Source: Escherichia phage vB_Eco_QOTSP. From it: 64,000 bases of DNA. Location: sequence record OY720014. The stretch is one strand, 5' to 3'. The notes beneath the pieces were generated by a model. It had not been told where the DNA came from and ran no database searches. It saw only the letters and a program-made list of their open reading frames with translations. The position numbers and the translations under genes were made by a program. Each line of letters opens with the position of its first letter. Positions within the stretch are counted from its first letter, which is position 1. This document shows positions 58,306-64,000 of the stretch, in pieces.

Positions 58306-59144
58306 TTCAATTCGTAATTCCAAGTTATCAGCGTGTCGGGGCAGTTTCTGCCCTTGATATGTTTCCGACTAATTATGAACCCCATATTGTAGTGCGTGAA
58401 CATGAAGAAAAAGCTTATTATGATGCCTATGGGTCTAGAGCTAAAATTATAACTATTCCTGACGATGTAAATGGAATTGCTGGTACTCGTAAAGCAATTA
58501 CTGATATGTATGCAGGTCAACGAATCTGGATGATTGACGATGATACTACTATTCGTATGAGTTCAATGCGAAAAAGAGATGACCGTCGTTGTGTAGATAA
58601 AGTCAATCAATTAACCCGTGAACAGTTCTATGAATTGATTCAATACGTCGAAGATGCCATGGATTGCGGGTATTATCATGGCCATGCTCGTCTACCAATT
58701 TTTAAAATTACTTCATCTTGGGGTAATTATCGTGAAAATTCATATGGATTCACGAATACATGGTATGACCTTGGAAAACTTACGACAGAACAAATTGGGT
58801 ATGGAAAAATTGATTTGTGCGAAGATATGTATGCATTTCTCAATTTAATTAATCAAGGTTATCCGCATTTGGCCTTGTTCAAATATCTGGTTGTATCTGG
58901 AAAAGCACAAGCTCCTGGCGGGTGCAGTTCAATTCGTAGTAATTCTAAACATAATAGAGCGCTTGAGCAAATCAATAGAGAGTTTCCAGAGCAAGCTCGT
59001 TGGAAAACATCGAATATTGAAAAACGAAAATCGTTGGGTGAAGAAGACGAGCCATTAAAGGTTCTTCGCATGTGTGTTTCACGTAAAGAAAAATCAGAAG
59101 CATTTCATAAGTTTAATGCTATTCATCCAATAGCAGTTGATTAA
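58302..59144 (+). CDS. DxD-motif glycosyltransferase at the beta-gt locus, candidate beta-glucosyl-HMC alpha-glucosyltransferase (280 aa)
   Basis: DxD-type motif (WMIDDDTT); does not resemble T4 beta-gt as I recall it; ATG overlaps gene 42 stop. Confidence 0.55.
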   Translation: MIQFVIPSYQRVGAVSALDMFPTNYEPHIVVREHEEKAYYDAYGSRAKIITIPDDVNGIAGTRKAITDMYAGQRIWMIDDDTTIRMSSMRKRDDRRCVDKVNQLTREQFYELIQYVEDAMDCGYYHGHARLPIFKITSSWGNYRENSYGFTNTWYDLGKLTTEQIGYGKIDLCEDMYAFLNLINQGYPHLALFKYLVVSGKAQAPGGCSSIRSNSKHNRALEQINREFPEQARWKTSNIEKRKSLGEEDEPLKVLRMCVSRKEKSEAFHKFNAIHPIAVD

Positions 59145-59221
59145 TGCCTAAATTTATTGTGTTATAATTACTCTATCTTTAACCAGTGAGGAAAATATAA
59201 TGATGCCTATGGAAAAAATGA

Positions 59222-60403
59222 ATGTCTATTGCAGATTTAAAATCCCGTTTGATTAAAGCTTCCACTTCTAAAATGACTGCTGAACTGACTACATCTAAAT
59301 TCTTTAATGAAAAGGATGTAATCCGTACAAAAATCCCAATGCTTAATATTGCTATTTCTGGCGCGATTGATGGCGGTATGCAGTCTGGTTTAACTATTTT
59401 CGCAGGGCCTTCTAAACACTTTAAATCAAATATGTCTTTGACTATGGTTGCGGCATATTTGAACAAATATCCTGACGCGGTTTGTCTATTCTATGATAGT
59501 GAATTTGGTATTACTCCAGCTTATTTACGATCCATGGGAGTTGACCCGGAACGAGTAATTCATACGCCAATCCAGTCAGTTGAACAGCTGAAAATTGATA
59601 TGGTGAATCAGCTTGAAGCTATTGAGCGCGGTGAAAAAGTTATTGTATTCATCGACTCAATCGGTAATATGGCTTCTAAGAAAGAAACGGAAGATGCCTT
59701 GAATGAAAAATCTGTGGCAGATATGACTCGTGCTAAATCACTGAAGTCATTATTCCGTATTGTTACTCCTTACTTTAGCATTAAAAATATTCCATGTGTT
59801 GCGGTTAATCATACAATTGAAACAATTGAAATGTTTAGTAAAACCGTGATGACAGGTGGTACAGGCGTAATGTATTCGGCTGATACCGTATTCATTATCG
59901 GTAAGCGTCAGATTAAAGATGGTTCTGATCTTCAGGGGTATCAATTTGTTCTAAATGTAGAAAAATCTCGTACCGTTAAAGAAAAAAGTAAATTCTTTAT
60001 TGATGTTAAATTTGACGGTGGTATCGATCCTTATTCTGGATTGTTAGATATGGCTCTAGAATTAGGATTCGTGGTAAAACCTAAAAATGGCTGGTATGCT
60101 CGTGAATTTCTTGATGAAGAAACCGGCGAGATGATTCGCGAAGAAAAATCTTGGCGTGCAAAAGATACCAACTGCACTACATTCTGGGGTCCTTTATTTA
60201 AGCATCAACCATTCCGAGATGCTATTAAACGTGCTTATCAGTTAGGTGCTATTGATAGTAATGAAATTGTTGAAGCTGAAGTTGATGAATTGATTAACTC
60301 AAAGGTTGAAAAATTTAAATCTCCAGAAAGTAAAAGTAAATCAGCAGCTGATTTAGAAACTGACCTCGAACAGTTAAGTGATATGGAAGAATTTAATGAA
60401 TAA
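59222..60403 (+). CDS. uvsX: UvsX recombinase, RecA-like (393 aa)
   Basis: Walker A-like segment and RecA fold signature; MSIADLKSRLIKASTSK... Confidence 0.95.
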   Translation: MSIADLKSRLIKASTSKMTAELTTSKFFNEKDVIRTKIPMLNIAISGAIDGGMQSGLTIFAGPSKHFKSNMSLTMVAAYLNKYPDAVCLFYDSEFGITPAYLRSMGVDPERVIHTPIQSVEQLKIDMVNQLEAIERGEKVIVFIDSIGNMASKKETEDALNEKSVADMTRAKSLKSLFRIVTPYFSIKNIPCVAVNHTIETIEMFSKTVMTGGTGVMYSADTVFIIGKRQIKDGSDLQGYQFVLNVEKSRTVKEKSKFFIDVKFDGGIDPYSGLLDMALELGFVVKPKNGWYAREFLDEETGEMIREEKSWRAKDTNCTTFWGPLFKHQPFRDAIKRAYQLGAIDSNEIVEAEVDELINSKVEKFKSPESKSKSAADLETDLEQLSDMEEFNE

Positions 60404-60740
60404 AGATGATTTAGATTTAGATCTAGAAATTATCGATGAATCCCCCTCTTCGGAGGGGGAAGAAGAAAGAAAAGAACGTCTTTTTAATGAGTCTCTTAAG
60501 ATAATTAAATCTGCCATGGAAAATGTTATCCAGGAGATTGTCATTAAACTAGAAGATGGTTCTACACATATAGTGTATGTAACAAAACTGGATTGGGTTG
60601 ATGGAAAGGTTGTAATGGACTTTGCTGTTCTTGACCAAGAAAGAAAAGCTGAGTTAGCTCCTCATGTAGAAAAATGTATTACAATGCAACTACAAGATGC
60701 ATTTAATAAAAGGTCAAAGAAAAAATTTAAATTCTTTTAA
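60396..60740 (+). CDS. 40: gp40 head vertex assembly chaperone (114 aa)
   Basis: ATG overlapping the uvsX stop gives 114 aa; track ORF starts at GTG 60378. Confidence 0.75.
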   Translation: MNKDDLDLDLEIIDESPSSEGEEERKERLFNESLKIIKSAMENVIQEIVIKLEDGSTHIVYVTKLDWVDGKVVMDFAVLDQERKAELAPHVEKCITMQLQDAFNKRSKKKFKFF

Positions 60741-60749
60741 GGAGTAAGT

Positions 60750-62177
60750 GTGGTAGAAATTATTCTTTCTCATCTCATATTTGATCAAGCTTATTTTTCA
60801 AAAGTTTGGCCATATATGGATTCAGAATATTTTGAAAGTGGTCCAGCTAAAAATACATTCAAATTAATTAAATCTCATGTTAATGAGTATCATAGCGTTC
60901 CATCTATTAATGCGTTAAATGTTGCATTAGAAAATAGTTCATTTACTGAAACAGAATATTCTGGTGTAAAAACACTTATTTCAAAACTGGCTGATTCTCC
61001 AGAAGACCACAGCTGGTTAGTAAAAGAAACAGAAAAATATGTTCAGCAAAGGGCGATGTTTAATGCTACGTCTAAAATAATCGAAATTCAAACTAATGCT
61101 GAGCTTCCTCCGGAAAAACGAAATAAGAAAATGCCAGATGTAGGTGCTATTCCTGACATCATGCGCCAAGCATTATCAATTTCATTTGATAGCTACGTTG
61201 GTCATGATTGGATGGATGACTATGAAGCGCGTTGGCTATCTTATATGAATAAAGCTCGTAAGGTTCCATTTAAACTCAGAATTCTAAACAAAATTACTAA
61301 AGGCGGAGCTGAAACTGGAACACTGAACGTTTTAATGGCTGGCGTTAACGTTGGTAAATCATTAGGATTGTGTTCATTAGCGGCAGATTATTTACAGCTC
61401 GGACATAATGTTCTTTACATTTCCATGGAAATGGCAGAAGAAGTCTGTGCTAAGCGTATTGACGCTAACATGCTTGATGTTTCTCTTGATGACATTGATG
61501 ATGGGCATATTTCTTACGCTGAGTATAAAGGAAAAATGGAAAAATGGCGCGAGAAATCTACTCTCGGTCGTTTAATCGTTAAACAGTATCCTACTGGTGG
61601 AGCAGATGCTAATACATTTCGATCACTTTTAAACGAATTGAAGCTTAAGAAGAATTTTGTTCCAACAATCATTATTGTCGACTATCTGGGTATTTGTAAA
61701 TCTTGCCGCATTAGAGTTTATTCAGAAAATAGTTACACAACTGTTAAAGCTATTGCAGAGGAATTGCGTGCTCTTGCTGTTGAAACCGAAACTGTTCTTT
61801 GGACTGCAGCACAGGTTGGTAAACAAGCTTGGGACTCTTCCGATGTTAACATGAGCGATATTGCAGAATCTGCCGGTCTTCCAGCAACAGCCGATTTTAT
61901 GCTTGCGGTCATTGAAACCGAGGAGTTAGCAGCTGCTGAACAACAACTCATTAAGCAAATCAAATCACGATATGGTGATAAAAATAAATGGAATAAGTTT
62001 TTGATGGGTGTTCAAAAGGGAAATCAGAAATGGGTAGAAATCGAACAAGATTCTACTCCAACTGAAGTGAGTGAAGTAGCAGGTTCACAACAGATTCAGG
62101 CTGAGCAGAATCGCTATCAAAGAAATGAATCCACTCGAGCTCAGTTAGATGCTTTGGCGAATGAATTAAAATTTTAG
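60750..62177 (+). CDS. 41: gp41 replicative DNA helicase, DnaB family (475 aa)
   Basis: 475 aa, GTG start after GGAG; Walker A GVNVGKS. Confidence 0.97.
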   Translation: MVEIILSHLIFDQAYFSKVWPYMDSEYFESGPAKNTFKLIKSHVNEYHSVPSINALNVALENSSFTETEYSGVKTLISKLADSPEDHSWLVKETEKYVQQRAMFNATSKIIEIQTNAELPPEKRNKKMPDVGAIPDIMRQALSISFDSYVGHDWMDDYEARWLSYMNKARKVPFKLRILNKITKGGAETGTLNVLMAGVNVGKSLGLCSLAADYLQLGHNVLYISMEMAEEVCAKRIDANMLDVSLDDIDDGHISYAEYKGKMEKWREKSTLGRLIVKQYPTGGADANTFRSLLNELKLKKNFVPTIIIVDYLGICKSCRIRVYSENSYTTVKAIAEELRALAVETETVLWTAAQVGKQAWDSSDVNMSDIAESAGLPATADFMLAVIETEELAAAEQQLIKQIKSRYGDKNKWNKFLMGVQKGNQKWVEIEQDSTPTEVSEVAGSQQIQAEQNRYQRNESTRAQLDALANELKF

Positions 62178-62208
62178 TTTACAAGCTGACGAGACTATGG
62201 TATAGTAG
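62177..62208 (+). promoter_or_regulatory. early promoter (PeSL-type)
   Basis: GTTTAC -35 and TATAGT -10 in stem-loop. Confidence 0.55.
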
Positions 62209-62235
62209 TCTTGTTGGTTAAATGAGGAGATTGTT

Positions 62236-62418
62236 ATGGAATTGGTAAAGGTAGTTTTTATGGGGTGGTTTAAGAATGAAAGCATGTTTACTAAAGAAAC
62301 CACAATGATGAAAGATGACGTTCAATGGGCTACTACTCAATATGCTGAAGTTAATAAAGCATTAGTTAAAGCTTTCATTGATGACAAGAAAGTATGTGAA
62401 GTAGATTGCCGAGGATAA
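62236..62418 (+). CDS. hypothetical small protein (60 aa)
   Basis: ORF after GAGGAGATTGTTATG. Confidence 0.45.
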   Translation: MELVKVVFMGWFKNESMFTKETTMMKDDVQWATTQYAEVNKALVKAFIDDKKVCEVDCRG

Positions 62419-62419
62419 T

Positions 62420-62677
62420 ATGCATATTGTTTTATTTAAACCTACTCCGTATAACGTCAGGAAAAATACTCAATTCAAAGCACTTATTGCAGATACGTGG
62501 GAATTGGTGCTAGATATTCCAGCAGAAGAAAGTCCTCCATTTGGTCGAGTGGAATTTATTAAGTTTGCTGTACGTCCTACGAAGAGGCAGATTCGTCAGT
62601 ATAAAAGGTATTTTCGTAAAATCGTTAAGCTAGAGAAACAGTTTGTAACATGTGATTACGCAGAAGTTTTAAAATAG
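62420..62677 (+). CDS. basic small protein (85 aa)
   Basis: ORF 1 nt after previous stop. Confidence 0.45.
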   Translation: MHIVLFKPTPYNVRKNTQFKALIADTWELVLDIPAEESPPFGRVEFIKFAVRPTKRQIRQYKRYFRKIVKLEKQFVTCDYAEVLK

Positions 62678-62679
62678 CT

Positions 62680-62711
62680 GTTTACTTTTGTTGGAAATTG
62701 AGATACTATAT
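62680..62711 (+). promoter_or_regulatory. early promoter
   Basis: GTTTAC -35, TACTAT -10. Confidence 0.55.
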
Positions 62712-62737
62712 AAACATAAACTACTGAGGAGATTATC

Positions 62738-63031
62738 ATGAAAAAATTTATTTTTGCTACAATTTTTACTTTGGCTTCTTGTGCTGCTCAGCCTGCTATG
62801 GCAGGATATGATAAAGATTTGTGTGAATGGTCTATGACTGCAGATCAGACTGAAGTTGAAACTCAAATTGAAGCGGATATTATGAATATCGTTGAGCGCG
62901 ATCGTCCTGAAATGAAAGCTGAAGTGCAAAAACAACTTAAGTCTGGTGGTGTAATGCAGTATAATTATGTTCTGTATTGCGATAAAAACTTTAATAACAA
63001 AAATATCGTAACCGAAATCACAGGCGAATAA
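62738..63031 (+). CDS. putative lipoprotein (97 aa)
   Basis: Signal peptide MKKFIFATIFTLASCAAQPAMA with lipobox-like LASC. Confidence 0.5.
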   Translation: MKKFIFATIFTLASCAAQPAMAGYDKDLCEWSMTADQTEVETQIEADIMNIVERDRPEMKAEVQKQLKSGGVMQYNYVLYCDKNFNNKNIVTEITGE

Positions 63032-63032
63032 T

Positions 63033-63665
63033 ATGATTTATTATATGCACAAAAATCCACCGTTTAAATACGGTAAATTTCCTGATGCACAATGTTATAA
63101 TATAACACCTGATGAAAATAACCGTGGATATCTTATTGGCACAATTTTTGTAATTGTTAAAGATAACGAAATCGTTGCCTGGGCAGATTTTAAAGGTACA
63201 ACATATGATGTTAATCCGGTGCCTTTCACATATTACAATTTAATGGATTTGGCATACGATTATAATTGGTTTAATCATGATACTTTGGCTCATATTGAAG
63301 GTGTAGGATTTGATATTTCATATTCGGAATACACTTTAAGCCCTATGAGTCGAGCCCATAAAGAACCTGAATATTTTTCATTTAGGAAACGTGTAAACTT
63401 TAAACGCAGCACAGAGTATGTCGGTGGAATCTTTGTTAAAGATAATCGAATTATTCGTATTAATTATCCTTTGAGCGTTAGTCAAAAAGATATTGATGTT
63501 GATTTAGATTTCACTGAAAATAATATTAATAATATTGCTTCTGTGTATTTTGGTATCGATCACAAAATTGTAATATGTGGATATGAATTACCGTTTGAAG
63601 AACAGCCTAAAGTAAAAGTTTCTATTGACGATCAAATTTTTAATGCTTTTATGAATAAAGGTTAA
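63033..63665 (+). CDS. hypothetical protein, tandem paralog 1 (210 aa)
   Basis: Shares motifs (VKDN.I, SIDDQIF) with the following partial ORF. Confidence 0.5.
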   Translation: MIYYMHKNPPFKYGKFPDAQCYNITPDENNRGYLIGTIFVIVKDNEIVAWADFKGTTYDVNPVPFTYYNLMDLAYDYNWFNHDTLAHIEGVGFDISYSEYTLSPMSRAHKEPEYFSFRKRVNFKRSTEYVGGIFVKDNRIIRINYPLSVSQKDIDVDLDFTENNINNIASVYFGIDHKIVICGYELPFEEQPKVKVSIDDQIFNAFMNKG

Positions 63666-63666
63666 T

Positions 63667-64000
63667 ATGTATAGTTCTGAATTTTCATATTTAAAAATGG
63701 AAAAAATTTCATACGATTTTATAGATGAAAAGGTTTATTACAGTTTCCATGAACCGCGTTTTAATAGTGAGGTTGGGTTTATTGTAGTAAAAGACAATTT
63801 CATTTTAAAGATATATTCGGCATTAAAGGATTTTCACTACGAAAATATTAACCTAAAATTTGATAAAGAAAACGTTCGTAATTGTGCAGTAACAATTACA
63901 GGAAATAAAGGTACATGTGTTATGCTATCCGATGAAATTAATGATTTGCTAAATGATGCAGAAAATATTACTGCGCCATCTATTGATGACCAAATTTTTA
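63667..64000 (+). CDS. hypothetical protein, tandem paralog 2 (partial, runs off window end)
   Basis: ATG at 63667; open to window end; FIVVKDNFILKIY and terminal SIDDQIF echo the upstream paralog. Confidence 0.45.
   Translation, partial: MYSSEFSYLKMEKISYDFIDEKVYYSFHEPRFNSEVGFIVVKDNFILKIYSALKDFHYENINLKFDKENVRNCAVTITGNKGTCVMLSDEINDLLNDAENITAPSIDDQIF

Noticed and set aside
60420-60450. GC-rich hairpin CCCCCTCTTCGGAGGGGG as a terminator
   Set aside because: It lies inside the gene 40 coding sequence (codes ESPSSEGE) with no T-run and uninterrupted translation.

Overview
This window is a contiguous ~64 kb segment of a T-even (T4-like) coliphage genome, reverse-complemented relative to the usual T4 numbering. 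Baseplate genes 6/5.4/5.1/5/53 lie on the minus strand; everything else of substance is on the plus strand: 4-2-3-1-57A-57B(Acb1), internal-protein cassettes, a 10-gene tRNA cluster split by a GIY-YIG homing endonuclease, e (lysozyme), denV, regB, tk, rI, a long block of small early genes, nrdC, pin, 49, nrdD, nrdG, nrdH, 55, alpha-gt, 47, 46, rpbA, 45, 44, 62, regA, 43, imm, 42, a glucosyltransferase, uvsX, 40 and 41. Proteins are close to T4 but not identical (the lysozyme differs at a few residues). Several features differ from T4 as I recall it: nrdD is uninterrupted, the beta-gt locus holds a different (DxD-type) glycosyltransferase, the tRNA set contains Asn/His/Tyr-like genes and no Pro, and an inverted HNH endonuclease sits between 46 and rpbA. 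Early genes are punctuated by GTTTAC/TAnnnT promoters embedded in stem-loops and by UUCG-tetraloop terminators. No CRISPR array is present. The best candidates for something undescribed are: a Pol-beta-type nucleotidyltransferase next to an AAA ATPase (27.9-30.3 kb), a tandem array of four divergent paralogs with C-terminal coiled coils (31.8-35.7 kb), a macro-domain protein (22.5-22.9 kb), a GrcA-like glycyl-radical gene whose 3' half looks host-derived (19.9-20.3 kb), and a higher-GC cassette inserted between direct repeats (9.3-9.8 kb). All annotation is by eye from the sequence and the ORF track; no database search was run, and coordinates of RNA genes and signals are accurate to about +/-2 nt.
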